A stretch of 64,000 bases of DNA from Heptranchias perlo. Lineage: Eukaryota. Made by a program: the position numbers and the translations under genes. The stretch spans positions 44,888,001-44,952,000 of the forward strand of contig NC_090348.1 in the NCBI RefSeq assembly GCF_035084215.1, given 5' to 3'. Below the pieces are notes generated by a model. The model did not search any database. It was not told the origin of the DNA and worked only from the letters and a program-made list of their open reading frames with translations. The number at the start of each line of letters is the position of its first letter. Position 1 is the first letter of the stretch. Shown here one piece after another: positions 35,890 through 50,600 of the stretch.

Positions 35890-38840
35890 GGGGAGTTTTA
35901 ACCCCCAATTACAGGTGGGTTGGAAGTTAAAAATAATAGAATTTTCCAAAGCGACTGCAACTCGGCTCCAACACGCCCACTTCTGGGTTTGGCTGCGTGC
36001 AAGTGACCTATTCGCCGGAGAAGGGTCCATAATTAATGCAGGCAAGCGGGTACTTGTTGGAGCAATTTAAATGATTATGAGACATTAATTAGGTGATTTT
36101 AAATTGAATTTAGGAAGCCTTCGAATTTAATGCCTCCAGCACGGGTTTCCTGGGGCTTGTGAAACTCGCCAGTGAAACAGAGACGTGATTGAGCTGCAGT
36201 TCATTGGGGTCTTTAAAGTTCTGATTGCCTGATGTGAATAAAAGCTCAGTGATTAAGGCTGGTGTCTCAGTTCCATCTGGCAAATGTTTGGCAGAGAGTT
36301 CTTGTGTTCATACAGCTTTTTCAGAACTTTGGAGGCTTTCAAACAGACAAGATCAGGTTGGGGAGGGGCGGGGGGGGCACCATGGATGTTATTCGATAAG
36401 ACATCGGAGGTGGAAGACAATGACCATCCACGGCAGCCACGTCGTCCTGTGATGGGATCTGCAGGTGCACAAGAGAGAAAGGCACAACATAGAACTGGAG
36501 CACAGCAGAGAGGGGAACACAGTGGAGAACAGCAGAGAGTAGAGCAACAGAGGGGCCAAGGTTGCAGGAGGCACTACCCAAGTGAGAGGGTCTACAGACG
36601 GAGGCTGAGCTTGCTTGACCTATCTAAAGAGCAATGCCTACGCAGGCTCAGATTAAGACGGTAGGTGGTCACAGACATCTGCAGCCTCCTTCAAGAAGAG
36701 CTGCTCCCTGCTGGACCTGGTAGCCATGCATTGCCCGTCGCTGTAAAAGTCATCACTGCCCTCAATTTCTTTGCCTTTGGCTCCTTCCAGTGGGCCACTG
36801 GAGACATCTCCAGGGTGTCTCAGTCGGCTACACATAAATGTATAAGGCAGGTAACGAATGGGTTGTTTGCCCAGGCGTCCACTTATGCAGACTTCCCCCA
36901 TGACTGACAATAACCAGAATGAGCGGGCAGTCGGATTTGCATCTCTGGCTGGCTTCTGACAGATGCAGGGTCCAATCGATTGCAAACATGTGGCAATCCG
37001 TGGGTCACCACATGAACCAGGAGTTTTTAAATCAACTGTAACGGATTTCACTCCATCAATGCACAGCTGGTGTGCAACCACTAGAGGTTCATGAAGGTGT
37101 GCGCCAGATTCCCTGGGTGCTGTTATGATGCTGTTATACTGCGGCAGTCCAACATTCCAGACCTCTTCCTGCCAGGAGACAAACTTAAGGGCTGACTCAT
37201 GACACTTGTGTGGAATCCCACTAATGAGGCGCTAAAGCGCTACAACCAGAGCCACATGACCACCAATGTGTGTCATTGAGCAAGCCATTGGCATGTTGAA
37301 GATTCGTTGCAGCTGCATAGATAGGCCTGGAGGCGCCCTTCATTACTTGCCAGCAAGGGTGTCCAGAATCATCGTGTGCTATGCCCTACACAACATTGCA
37401 CAGCAGAGAGGATTAGAGGTGGAGGATGACGAAAGCGCTTGTCAATCATCTTCTGATGATGAGAACATTGAAGAAGAGGAGGAGGAGGATGAGCAATATG
37501 AAGATGGGGCGCCTATCGCCAGACCAGTCGCGTACATTGCTGCCCAGGATGCCCTCGTATCTCAAAGGTTCACTTAGTCAGAGTGGGAAAAAGAAACAGT
37601 GAAATACTCCAGCCCGCTTCCACCACCACCCCACCCCTGCTCCCTTTGCACAAAACCCACTAACTGTGTAAAAAGACCCACCGAAGTGCGAGTATTTGTG
37701 CTGGTGCATGGCTGTACGTCCTGTGACAGTGCACCCTCAGAAGGAATGAGGTCCTCTAAGGAATCGTTGTCATGCATCTCTGCAGGATCTTGTTGTACGT
37801 GTGAAGGCCCTGAAAGACAAAAGAAAGTGATATGAATTAGTCCTGGCAAAGTAACAACCTTGCCAATCACCATACTCAGGCTTTTCATAGTTCAGTCAAT
37901 GAAATAAAGCCAGCATGTGTGTGAAAGATGTTTTAAATTCTGTCACCAGACATCTGCGAGTTCCCAGTCTCTCCATCTCTGATTGAGAGGGACGCAGATG
38001 TGTTACTTATCTCTATCGCGTCCTCCTCTGCATCAGTGAGCTGCACTATTTGTGGAGGGCCACCTCTAGTCCTCTCCCATGCGTTTTGCATTCTCTTCTC
38101 CTACATGGGAGTGACTGAAAGTCACATATTCACCCGATGGATGCAGTGCATTGGGAGAGGGAGACTATCAGACAGATGCATCACATTGCATAAGGAATGG
38201 CATGAGAGACAGTGGTTGATGGATACATGGGGAGGTGAGGAAGTGCATAGAAAGTGAAGGATGGGTGTTGGTGAAACCTAAGTGGGTGTGAGGAGTGATG
38301 TGATGGAGTATGCTTGGCAAGACACAGGGCGAGGGGAGGGGGTGTTGTACACCACAGGATGTAGGTGAATCAGCAACTGTACTCACTTTTCCTGACCTGG
38401 TTAGGTCATTAATTGCTTCCTGCACTGTAGCTAAGAATGGGCCACAATGCTCCTGCTGCTCACCTCCTCAGCTGCCTTCTTGGTAACAGAAGCAGGTTTC
38501 TTCCTCCCATTGCTGGGGTAAATTATGTCCCTCCCGCTCCTCACTGCACCCAGCTGTACTTCAAGGGAAGCATCGGTGAATCTGGGTGTTGGCCTTGCTC
38601 TTTGTGGATCCATGGTTAAATTCCTCCTGGCTCCTCCAAATTCCAATTTTGCATTGGCCCCTTAAAGTGGACTTCAGATCGCGTAATCCGGGAGCGCATT
38701 ACAGCCGCTGCGCAGCTTGCAGTCGCGAAATGCAGAAGAAAAAATGTAATTGTTCAACAAAGTTGAGATCGCAGAATCTGACCTGCTAATTTCACGTCCG
38801 GGTTTCACGTCCGAAAATCTTCCCCCCCGCCCCACCCCCC
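35890..38840. mobile_element. Degraded PIF/Harbinger element: transposase (+, ~36380-37577) converging on a Myb/SANT gene (-, ~37700-38615)
   Basis: RRHYPSERVYRRRLSLLDLSKEQCLRRLRL, ALPVAVKVITALNFFAFGSFQ, VIEQAIGMLKIR, YALHNIA plus acidic tail; minus strand MDPQRARPTPRFTDASLEV; multiple stops; ends approximate. Confidence 0.82.
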
Positions 38841-39999
38841 TCAAATCAGTTATTGTTTTCAATATCATTGATTATGAGCAGGAACCCTGGTTGATTTTTT
38901 TCCCCTTTCTAGCTTGAGAGACAGTTAGACCAATTGTAATGTCCACCTGCAGCCCTGACTGAAAGCAGAAAACTCAGCACAGATGAAAAACAGAACTTGG
39001 GATCTTCATGACTGGTGCAGCTGGTACATGGCCACTGGAGGGAACCAGAGTTTTCCTAATATGGAAGATAAGTCAGTCAAAGGTGGCAAAAAGGCTCGGC
39101 AATTTAAAAGTCAAAATAGGGGAAATGCAGTTGATACTTGGATTTTCAGAGGACATCTTCCTCCGTAATTCAAATAAATACGGTTTTCAATTGGTTGCAT
39201 CATGCACCCCATGTAGTTGAGGGAGGTCGTAAGCAGAACTTTAATGCTAGCAGGTTGATCATCTCTGTTCAATAAGGATTGCAGCTGATATTGTGAGATG
39301 CTGTTGAATTTAAGACAAGAAACAATTCAGTTATCAATTTCAAAGATGGACTTATCATTACTGTATATAAAAACTTGCAAATGCTGGGACTGGCTGCATT
39401 GAAGTTCAGTTTCTGACCTTTAGTACCATTACTATAATTAGCTACCTGTAATTGATGTTATATAGGTAAATGTTACATTTTTCTTAAATTGCAATCTACT
39501 GCAACTTTACTGTTTTTAAGAGCCTTGAATTTCCTATTTAACTGCTTACTATAGTAGTATTTTGTTGCTTCTGAATACACTGCCTGCAAGAATGATATGT
39601 CAAAGTTTTGTCATTTTATTTTTGTCACTGTTGTTTTTGTCTTAATACTTCTTATTTCTTTGTTTTTAAGTAATCCTGCAACTGGTGGTGTGTAACTTAT
39701 TTTCATGTCCCTTGAATTTTTCTTTTCAGTTCTCATATATCCAAACATTCATATATTTATAATAAAAAGATAATACTGGAAATACATACAGGTCAATTAG
39801 CATCTGAAAAGAAGACTGATTAATGCTTCAGACAAAAACCCAGTTCTGAAGAAGGGTCTACACTCAAAACCTTAAATTATCTTTACTCTTTTCAGATTCT
39901 GATGGACGTGTTTTTCCCAAGTTTCTGTTTTTATTTCACATTTGCAGCATTTTATTTTTATTTCAATGGATCATGCTACACACAACACTGCAAACAATG

Positions 40000-40220
40000 C
40001 AGAGGAGAATTTCCTGGATCTTGTCCAGGTGCACTGGATCGTCTGCATGCAGCAAATATCATTAAATCAGGCGGACACACGCCTATAAAGGAACTTGCCT
40101 GATTATCCTCTATTTAAATGAATGGAGGAAAAATGGGTGTGTTCCTTTATAGGTGTGCACTCTGACCTGCCTAGGTGATCCAGTGCACCTCGGTGCAGAC
40201 CCAGGAAAATCTCCCCTTGC
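40000..40220. mobile_element. Small MITE (imperfect palindrome)
   Basis: GGAGAATTTCCTGG...GGTGCACTGGATC...CCTATAAAGGAAC versus GTTCCTTTATAGG...GATCCAGTGCACC...CCAGGAAAATCTCC. Confidence 0.65.
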
Positions 40221-40309
40221 ATGTACATCAACACAAAGTACTCCAAACAGCAAGCTTTGATTACATTATTGGGGGTACTGGTCATGGAGAACTCACTTAC
40301 TTTGATAGT

Positions 40310-41800
40310 TGTAAGGAATCTTACAACACCAGTTTATAGTCCAACAGTTTTATTTGAAAATCACAAGCTTTCGGAGATTATCACCTTCGTCAGGTGAGTG
40401 AGTGAATGAGAGGTTCTCAAATCGCATATCTTATATTAGGCTGGGACACGATCACACCAATCAAAGGTGTCGTTGGTGTTCAGACAGGTTAGCCACGGAA
40501 AACAGTACGTCCCAGTATACTGAATACGCAATGGGTCAGATTACACAGACAAAGAGATGATGTGGAGATGCCGGTGATGGACTGGGGTGGACAAATGTAA
40601 GGAATCTTACAACACCAGGTTATAGTCCAACAGTTTTATTTGAAAATCACAAGCTTTCGGAGATTATCTCCTTCGTCAGGTGAGTGAGTGAATGAGAGGT
40701 TCTCAAATCGCATATCTTATATTAGGCTGGGACACGATCACACCAATCAAAGGTGTCGTTGGTGTTCAGACAGGTTAGCCACGGAAAACAGTACGTCCCA
40801 GTATACTGAATACACAATGGGTCAAATTACACATACAAAGAGAGAAAGAGACCCGAAAGGCAGAGAGAGAGAGAATGTCCAGTTGTATTGAAAACAGATA
40901 ACGTTTTTTTCCCTGCTGGTGGGGTTACGTGTAGCGTGACACGAACCCAAGATCACGGTTGAGGCTGTCCTCATGGGAGCGGAACTTGGCTATCAATTTC
41001 TGCTCGACGATTTTGCATTGTCGTGTGTCTCGAAGGCCGCCTTGGAGAACGCTTACCCGAAGATCGGTGGCTGAATGTCCTTGACTGCTAAAGTGTTTCC
41101 CGACTGGGAGGGAACCCTCTTGTCTGGCGATTGTTGCGCGGTGTCCGTTCATCCGTTGTCGCAGTGTCTGCATGGTCTCGCCAATGTACCATGCTCCGGG
41201 GCATCCTTTCAGGCAACGTATGAGGTAGACAACGTTGGCCGAGTCACAGGAGTATGAACCATGTACCTGGTGGGTGGTGTCCTCTCGTGTGATGGTGGTA
41301 TCTGTGTCAATGATCTGGCATGTCTTGCAGAGGTTGCCGTGGCAGGGTTGTGTGGTGTCGTGGACGCTGTTCTCCTGAAAGCTGGGTAATTTGCTGCGAA
41401 CGATGGTCTGTTTAAGGTTGGGTGGCTGTTTGAAGGCGAGTAGTGGAGGCGTGGGGAAGGCCTTAGCGAGGTGTTCGTTGTCATCGATGACATGTTGAAG
41501 GCTGCGGAGAACATGGCGTAGTTTCTCCGCTCCGGGGAAGTACTGGACGACGAAGGGTACTCTATTGGTTGCGTCCCGTGTTTGTCTTCTGAGGAGGTCT
41601 ATGCGATTCTTCGCTGTGGCCCGTCGGAACTGTCGATCGACAAGTTGAGCGTCATATCCCGTTCTTACGAGGGCGCCTTTCAGCGTCTGTAGGTGTCCAT
41701 CGCGTTCCTCCTCGTCTGAGCAGATCCTGTGTATTCGCAGGGCCTGTCCATAGGGGATGGCCTCTTTGACCTGGTTAGGGTGGAAGCTGGAAAGTGTGAG
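40310..41800 (-). mobile_element. Penelope-like element, 5'-truncated, with tandem direct pLTRs
   Basis: GIY-YIG ORF related to 29790-30647 (MQTLRQRMNGHRATIARQEGSLPVG); direct repeats 40310-40555 and 40596-40845, each with a hammerhead core. Confidence 0.9.
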
Positions 41801-42849
41801 GAATTTGATTTAATCTCATTAAGGCAAGGCACTCCAGTTTAATTAAATCAAATTCCTCACACTATCCAGTTTAATCTATGTGTTTCATAATTCAGTTTCC
41901 TCATACCACGGAACCCAATAATTCCTCTAAATCACATCATCAGCACTTTCTGTTTAAACTCAAAAAAAGTTCAAAAGAAACAACAGAAAATTTGTGGACT
42001 TACCCAACTTTAGCCATGGTAGAGGTGAGGGTGCAACAATTAGCCTCAGTGTGCCAAGGCTTGGAAAGAAAGATTTGCTGCTTTTGATCATGTGCGTGTA
42101 GCTGGATGCTGGGCGCAGGCAGGCTCGGGATTGAACTTGATAAACTAGTCAAGTAAGTCACTGTTCAAGCTTAATTGTGAAGAATGCCAATAAGGTGAAG
42201 TATTTGAAGGATGCCTATGGAACCATAAGCAGCATGAGCCAAGCCTTTGGGGAGAGGGAAGAGAAAGAAAGAAAATTATATGGTGAGGGCAAGAAATAGC
42301 AGGTTAAAAAACACAAAACTCATAACTTTTTTATTGATTGATTTTTCAAAAGGGGTTCTAAAGATGCGTACTCTTTTTAAAAAAAATCCAAACTGTTACA
42401 AAGAACTATCGTTACTATTAACATTACTTTGTTCCACCTGCCCGCTTTTGTTAATTTTTAAAACATTTTGTTAAATAGTAAGGCTGATAACATAATTGAG
42501 GGTATTGGCTTGGAAAAGTTACTGTGCGTAACAGAATGAGGGAACTGAATAAACAGACAGTTAATGCTGAATCATCCTTGAGTTGTTGACTGTAGGGTCG
42601 ATTCCATGATTGTTTGTACCTGGTGCAGTTGTGTATAGGAAGTGCTAAGGTGGGGGTGGGGGGGGATCCTGAGTGCAGCAACTGTTCTTATAGGGAGGCA
42701 CAACCTTGGTTTTGCTGAAAACTGGTGCTGGAGGTAACCCATCATTGGAGAGTGTGTGGATGTCATATGGGAGAAGTGGCAGAGAGGAAAGTGGCCATTT
42801 TTGGGGCAGAGAGGAACCTTCCTAATTAGAACCACTTGGCAGCCTTGGG

Positions 42850-43265
42850 TCAGCGATAGCACTCTCGCCTCTGAGTCAGAAGGCCCTGTGTTCAAGCACC
42901 ACTCCAGACACTGGAGCACATAATCTGGGCTGACACTTCAGTGTGGTACTGAAGGAATGCCACACTTTTGGAGGTGTTGTACTTCGGATCTTTTATGTCT
43001 GCCCTCTCAGGTAGACATAAAAGATCCCAAAGCCATTTTCAAAGAAGAGCAGGGAGTTCTCCCAGTATTTCTCAAACACCACCAAAAAAGATTATCTGGT
43101 CATTTATCTCATTGCTGTTTGTGGGACCTATCTGTGTGAAAATTGGCTGCCACATTTCCCAATATTATAACAGTCATTACACTGCAAAAGCACTTCTTTG
43201 GCTGGGAAGTGCTTGGGGCATCCTGAGGTCATAAAATCACTATATAAATGCAAGTTTTTTTTCTT
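42850..43265 (+). mobile_element. DeuSINE-like SINE
   Basis: Same family as 95-530. Confidence 0.72.
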
Positions 43266-44899
43266 ATAGTGCAAAAATTTCCAACATCTATACGTCACTG
43301 AAGCAAATGTGCAAAAGGTTCTCCGGACTGAGGAAGATTGCTAAGGTAGGCTTCCATAAATGGTGCCCACTGAAATAGAAGGAATGCCTGCATTATGCTT
43401 GTACCACATGTGGCCACGTCAGTAATGCAGTTTGCAAAGCACTGGCCCAAACTCTCACATCTAAGAATCCTCCCATTACCATCCCAGTGAAGGTATAATT
43501 CCAACTACAAGGCAGAAGAACACCACGGCTTTATTTAACCCACAGAACTGTTGCATGTCTGTTCTCTCATTATGACTCTTCAAATTGCTTGCATGCTCTC
43601 CATTCCTCCTTTCACACTGTAAGTAACATAGGCTGAGCATAGGGCTGCGTCTAGTCTTCAGTGCTAAAGCAGAAATTCTCTATTTCGTCTGTTTTGGTAG
43701 GAAATGACTGCACATAACATTTGTGGGATGACATACACAGGAGCAGACCATCTAACCTGCACTGCCTCAAATAACACAAAGGGCAGGCACTCCAAAATAA
43801 TTGGCAATGGAGACCACAAGGAAGCGGTAGGTAGCTTCACACCAGCGTAACAAGGTAAGGCCTCACTTCAACTTCCTCTTCTAGTTACCATTTTACACTC
43901 ATTCAGTGATTAAGGGGCTGCTACATTTGTTTCTCTGCTACAAGGAACCATTTAGGCCTTGCTACTGTGTGCACGGCCATTGACATATTCTACTTTCTTT
44001 GTGTACAGCTATCCCAAGATAAAGATGCTGGCACCAGGGAGGAGCAAGAAGCAGCTCCATCATATTAACATCCCCCAAGCCGCTCCAGGCATTGCAAACA
44101 TCAGCCCAGAAAAATCCATTTCCGGGGAATCAAATAGGGAGAGTCAGGAGGGAGCACCGGGAGGTGGCAGCGGACAATCAGCAACCAGATAAAGGGAGGT
44201 TTGGGATAAGATGGGCAGCTGCTTTGGTACCAATGGATTTATAAATTACTCTAGTCATCTGCAAAGGTGAGTCAGCAGCTCGAGTATGGCAGCAGAGAGA
44301 CGAGGAAGGCTTCATCTCAGTGTGAGGACCTGTCCTCTCTTCCCTCCAAGGACTGCAGCAAAGACAGGTAGAAAACAACAGCAACCAACCAGTGCAGAGA
44401 CAGAGATGCTTGCAGTGGTGGCCCAACATATGCAGAGCATCCAACAAGGGTGAGTCATGGGTCCCCACTGAAGAGTAGCCAATATGTGGGCAGACTCTTC
44501 CCACTTAGGTAACACTTAGGAGCAGGAGAAGTGGACAACAAACACTGTAAAATATCACCAAAGGCAACGACTGGGGAAGCAAACCTTGATGTAGAGCAAT
44601 AAACTGCTTGCAAATATTTTTGGGATCGGTGAGGATGACTTTTTGCGCAGATTGCACATATGAATATTGGCACTGGGGGCTATTATGTAGTAATTGTAAT
44701 GAAGCCAGAGAGGATTCAGACCATCAGGTTGTTATGGGACCTGTGTACAACAAAAAGGACCAGGGAATACTTACGAATGGCTCAAGGACTGCCTTTAAGA
44801 AAGAGACCCAATCAGCTCATGCCGCATCAGTCTGCCTATCAATGCATCAGCCTCAGCCACTTCTTTCTCCTCTTCTTCCTATTCTATAGAGAAGGTTAG

Positions 44900-45720
44900 A
44901 GGCTTACCTTCCAAACCTTCCGGCTGCATGGGCTCCCCTCTCCAAATAGTGTGGCTGTGTAGCAGATGCAGATTATCTTTGACATTTTCTTGAGGCTGTA
45001 GAGTGGAATGCCACTGAATCTGTCTGTACATTCTAAGTACTGCTTTAAAGGTCTCAATCATACATTCCACAAATCATATGTTCCATCAAGTGGAAGCATG
45101 AGCCTTGTTGTATTTTCACTCTGCATTGCTATGGGGGTTCCTGACTGGTGTTATTAACCAGTGTAGTAAGAGGTAGCCCTGGTCCCTAAGCAGCTATCCA
45201 TCCATTCTGCCTGCTTTCTGAAATAGTTGTGGCTTCATGACTGTCTCATGATGAAAGCAAAGCAGGTGCTGCCAGGATATCTTCAAATCGCCTGCATTAT
45301 TCTACTGTAGGGGTCCGAGATCATCTGGACATTGATCAACTGAAATCCTTTGCCATTCACGTATGCCTGATGGCTATATGGGTGTCATCAGCAAGGCCAT
45401 GCATTTGTGGGAACCCAGAAACCTGGTGGAAATACCGGGCCCTCCTAAGATGTTCTCTCTCTTCCACTGGGGAAACGAGATATGTTGCTCCTGGAAAACA
45501 AAGCTGTAGTGACCTGTTTGATTTATTGGTGGATGGACAACTGATCTAGCAAATGTAACCACTGATTGCTTGAAGTGACCCAGTAGCATAGCAGTTCAGT
45601 AGGTAATACTTTTGTGCAGGGCTGTGGCTGTAATGGATGTAGTCTGATGGCCAGGCGCCAGTAGACTTGGTGACTGCCTCCCTGCTGAATCATGCATGGT
45701 GAATGCACATCTTTACTGAC
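44900..45720 (-). mobile_element. Old Harbinger transposase remnant
   Basis: Manual translation across frameshifts: RARYFHQVSGFPQMHGLADDTHIAIR, YVNGKGFQLINVQMISDP, LLRDQGYLLLHWLITPVRNP. Confidence 0.7.
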
Positions 45721-47619
45721 ATGTTCAAGTGGTTGCGTTTGGGTCACATTATGGAATTCCTGAGCCACCTGTGAGTGGATGCCAGGCGCCTGAAGTGTCA
45801 GTACGCCTGCCTCTCATCCCTCTGCATGGATTTCTCTTCCTCATCCAGAATAGCCATAGAACAATAGAATAGCCAATAGCCATAGAATAGCCACAGACCC
45901 AAAAGAATCCCAATGCTGAGTGTGCTTACAGCTGCAGGGGCAAAATGATGGCAGCAAGAATGCTACTGAGGGAGGTGTGCACCAAGTGCTGAAATGCAGA
46001 AAACTAGTTACAAGGAGCAAAAAAAAAGCACTACCTCTAATGCATAAAGTTTTGTGTCATCAAGTCAAAAGCAGCAATCAGAATGCAAGTCTCAAAAACA
46101 TGTCATTCTAACTTAAGGTGCTGGAGTTCTTCAGTGAACAGCTTGAATGCCTTCCAGCATCTGTTTTATACGGGTGCTCAGAGAATGAGCAGCTGCATTG
46201 CAGAAGAGCACAGGGAATTCGTTGTGGAACCAATTTACATTCACTTAAATAATTTTGAAGTTTCTAATGAGGCCAGCACACGCACATAGTTTGGCATTGA
46301 TTAATTGAAATTCTATGGAATCAGTTCAACACCAAATGTGCTGAAGCCTATCTTCCTAATTCCACAGGCCTCGACCGCAGCTGGTGAGGGGGTTTGCTCC
46401 CCAACTACTACATCGCAGAATCAGCTCTTGTATCTCTACCAATGGCATTTCAGCTCCCTCACACTGACAGGTTCAGTAATTTCTGTCATTAGTGCTCACA
46501 ATTTAAACAAACAAAAATAGACCTACCAGGGGAAACGATTGTAATTATCTTTTGAACAAAAAGCAAAATAGTGCAGATGCTGGAAATCTGAAACGAAAAC
46601 AGAAAACACTGGCAACACTTATCAAGTCAGGTAGCATCTGTGGACCCTTCCTCAAAACTGTTCTGTTGAAAGGTCTATGTCTGAAATGACTGCTCTCCAT
46701 AGGTGCTGCCTGACTTGCTGAGTGTTTCCAGCGTTTTCTGTTTTTGTAATTATGTTTTGTGCAGACTCCTCTCCTGTAGGTGTTGACCCCTGGCTAATTT
46801 CACAAGAGCTGCCCTCTGGTCAGTTTTCCCCTCCCCAATCCAGGGTGCAGAGGACAATAGTATCACCCCCAACTGAGAGCAAGGGCTGGAAGATCTCTAC
46901 CAATTCTGAAACCACTGCTTGTTGGCCCCTCTGATTTGCCCTCCATTTCTACGTGAAAGTGATTCATTTCAGCTTTTGCCTCCCTATGGTGGCATGATTG
47001 AGAGTGGGAACTTACCAGGAACCACAGGGTACAACCTCGTATGTCAAGGGAGGGGGTGCAGTGTTACATCCATTGTGCTATGCTATTATATAAATAGATA
47101 TTGGACAGCGTAAGTCAATGCCACAACATAAGTGCCTGAGATCCATTTATGGGAGTAACTGACACCATTGAATCTGAGTAGGTATCTATGGCAGGCACTA
47201 AACTTGTAACAGAGCCCTTGAGCTGACTGAAGCAGATGACTTTTATGTCATGCTTTAATCAGCTGTTTACTTGCTACCACAGCAGATAAATAGAAGATCT
47301 TTGAAACATGTAAGGAATAGTTTTCTGATTTTCTGTTGTGTGTGGAAAGCCTCACCCAGAGGCAACACATATTGGGATTTTGGGCACGCAGTGGACACAA
47401 TTTACTGACTGACCACTTAAAGGTTAACGGTAGATGTCTAACAGGGTTCCATTGAAAACTGAACACACATTTTCTTCAACAATTTCCTTCATTAATTCTA
47501 ACTGGTATCTTTTTCTTCTTATTATTCCAACTCCTCCAGATGTATGGTTACTGTTCCAAACATCAACGGCTGACTCAGGTGACTGGCATTCTAGCTAGCA
47601 TAAATTCGGAAGGGTTTTG

Positions 47620-50600
47620 CTAACGCACGGAGCGAGGGAGCACAAAGTAGCAGTGATCGACGGAGTCTGGTTTCGACAGAGTCTATAATTGGGAATTTGG
47701 TGAGTGAGGGGATTCGGTGCAGGAGGAGTGTGGTGCATTTGATTAGTCAGCAGAGCGGAGAGGAGCGTACTGAGAGCGGGTCACAGGTATCTCTTCTCTT
47801 TTCTTCTTTCTTAGGGCTGTGGGCTAAGTAACATAGCATAAAACTAATTTTTTTTAAAAAAAACTAAATTTAATTTAGTTATAGCAAGTAGCGTTTTTTA
47901 GTGAATCAAGGTCCCTAGTGTAGTTAACATTCTCTAAATTAAGAGTAATTTAAAGGAGTAAACTCCTTAAATGGAATAACTAACGAGCTTAATCTAAAGC
48001 AAGTCATGGCAGCAGAGCTCACACCCGTGATATGCTCCTCCTGCGCTATGTGGGAAGTCATGGACACTACCGGTGTCCCTGGCGACCATGTGTGCAGGAA
48101 GTGTGTCCAGCTACAGCTACTGGCTAACCACATTTCGGAGCTGGAGCTGCAGGTGGATTCACTGTGGAGCATCCGCGATGCTGAGATTATCATGGATAGC
48201 ACATTCAGTGAGGTGGTCACACCGCAAGTAAAGATTATGCAGGCAGAAAGGAAATGGGTGACCGACAGGTAGAGCAGGAGTCTCCTGGGGCCATCTCCCT
48301 CTCAAACAGATATTCCGCTTTGGATATTGTTGGGGGAGATGGCTTATATGGGAATGCAGCAAGAGTCAAGACTGTGGCACCACGAGTGACTCAGCTGCAC
48401 AGAAGGGGAGGAAAAAGAATGGGAGAGCAATAGTGATAGGGGATTCCATCATAAGAGGAACAGATAGATGTTTCTGCAGCCGCAGACGTGACTCCAGGAT
48501 GGTATGTTGCCTTCCTGGTGCTAGGATCAAGGACGTCACAGAGCGGCTGCAGGACATTCTGAAGGGGGAGGGTGAACAGCGAGAGGTCGTGGTCCATAGC
48601 GGTACCAACGACATCGGTAAAAAAAGGGATGAGGTCCTGCAAGCAGAATATAGGAAATAAATTAAAAAGCAGGACCTCTAAGGTAGTAATCTCAGGATTA
48701 CTCCCAGTGCCACGTGCTAGCGAGAGCAGAAATAGGAGAATAGACTAGATGAATGCGTGGCTTGAGAGACGGTGTAAGAGGGAGGGGTTTAAATTCCTGA
48801 GGCATTGGGACCGATTCTGGGAAAGGCGGGACCTGTACAAGCTGGACGGTTGCACCCAAGCAGAACCGGGACCAATATCCTCGCGGGGGCATTTGCTAAT
48901 TCTGTTGGGGAGGGTTTAAACTAGTATGGCGGGGGATGGGAACCAAAGGGCAGGTACAGATAGGACAAATTCAGAATAGGAAGCGGGAAGTAGAAAAGCA
49001 GTTAGTGACTTAGTTAGCGACTCAGAAAGGCAAAAGAAGCAAAGGTTAAATAGTGTTCAGCACAGGAATTTGACGGGGTTAAAGGGTATATACTTCAGTG
49101 CAAGGAGTATTACAAACAAAGCAGATGATCTAAGGGCACAGATAGACAGATGGCAGCATGATATTGCTATCATGGAAACCTGGCTTAAAGAGGGGGATAA
49201 TTTGCAGCTCAATATCCCTGGATATAGAGTTTTCAGGCAGGATAGAGTGGGTGATAAAAAAGGAAGGGGGGGGGGTTGCATTATTGGTTAAAGAATCAAT
49301 TACAGTTGTGAGAAGGGATGATATGCTAAATGGATCATCAATCGAGGCCATATGGGTTGAGCTAAGAAATAAAAAAGGGGCAGTCACACTACTAGGAGTG
49401 TACTATAGACCCCCGAATAGCGAAAGGGAGATAGAAGAACAAATATGTAGGCAAATTTCGAGTGCAAAAATAAGAGGGCAATAATAGTAGGGGACTTCAA
49501 CTACTCTAACATCAACTGGGATTCAAACAGTGTGAGGGGCACAGAGGGCACAAAATTATTGATCAGTGTCCAGGAGAACTTTTTTAGCCAGTACGTGACA
49601 AGTCCAACAAGAGGGGATGCAATTCTAGATTTAGTCCTGGGAAATGAAGATGGGCAAGTGGATGACCATATTGGGGATAGTGAGCACAATTCCGTTAGTT
49701 TTAGCATTATTATGGAAAAGGACAGATTTATATCAGGAGTAATTGTTTTAAATTGGGGAAGGCAAATTTTACAGAACTAAGAGGTGATTTGGCAGAAGTG
49801 GACTGGACACAACTACTTGAGAAATCAGTGGCAAGCCAGTGGGAGGCACTGAAAAGTGAAATTCTACGGGTACAATGCAGACACGTCCCGTCAAAGAAAA
49901 AGGGTGGCACTGCCAAATCTAGAGCCCCCCGGTTGTCTCGACGCATACAGGGCAAGATAAAGCAGAAAAAGAAAGTTTATGACTGTCACAGAAAACTGAA
50001 TACTGCAGAAAGCCTAGAGGAGTATAGAAAGTACAGGGATGACGTAAAAAAGGAAATAAGGAAAGCAAAGAGAGGGCATGAAAAAATATTAGCTAGTAAG
50101 ATTAAAGAAAACCCAAAGATGTTTTATCAGTACATTAAGAACAAGAGGATAGCTAAGGAAAAGGTGGGACCAATCAGGGATGATAAGGGTAACTTGTGTG
50201 TACAATTGGAGGATGTGGGTAGGGTTTGAAATGAATATTTTATCTCCGTATTCACAAAGGAAAGGGATGATCCAGACAGAGGAAAGGTGTGAAATATTGG
50301 ATAAGGTAAACATTACGAGGGAGGAAATACTAGAGGGACTGGAATTCTTGATATCCTTGGAATCTGAAAGTTGATAGGGCCGGATGGATTGTTTCCTAGG
50401 CTATTGAAGGAAGTCAGGGAGGAAATATCAGATGCTCTGAGGATCATTTTCCAATCCTCAGCAGATACAGGGGAGGTACCGGAGAACTGGAAGATTGCAA
50501 ACGTAGTACCATTGTTTAAAAAGGGTACGAGGGAAAGGCCGAACAATTATAGGCCAGTCAGTCTTACCTCGGTGGTGGGCAAACTATTAGAATCAATACT

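Noticed and set aside
36380-37577. Possible host HARBI1 gene
   Set aside because: Multiple stops and frameshifts, and paired with a Myb gene as in a transposon
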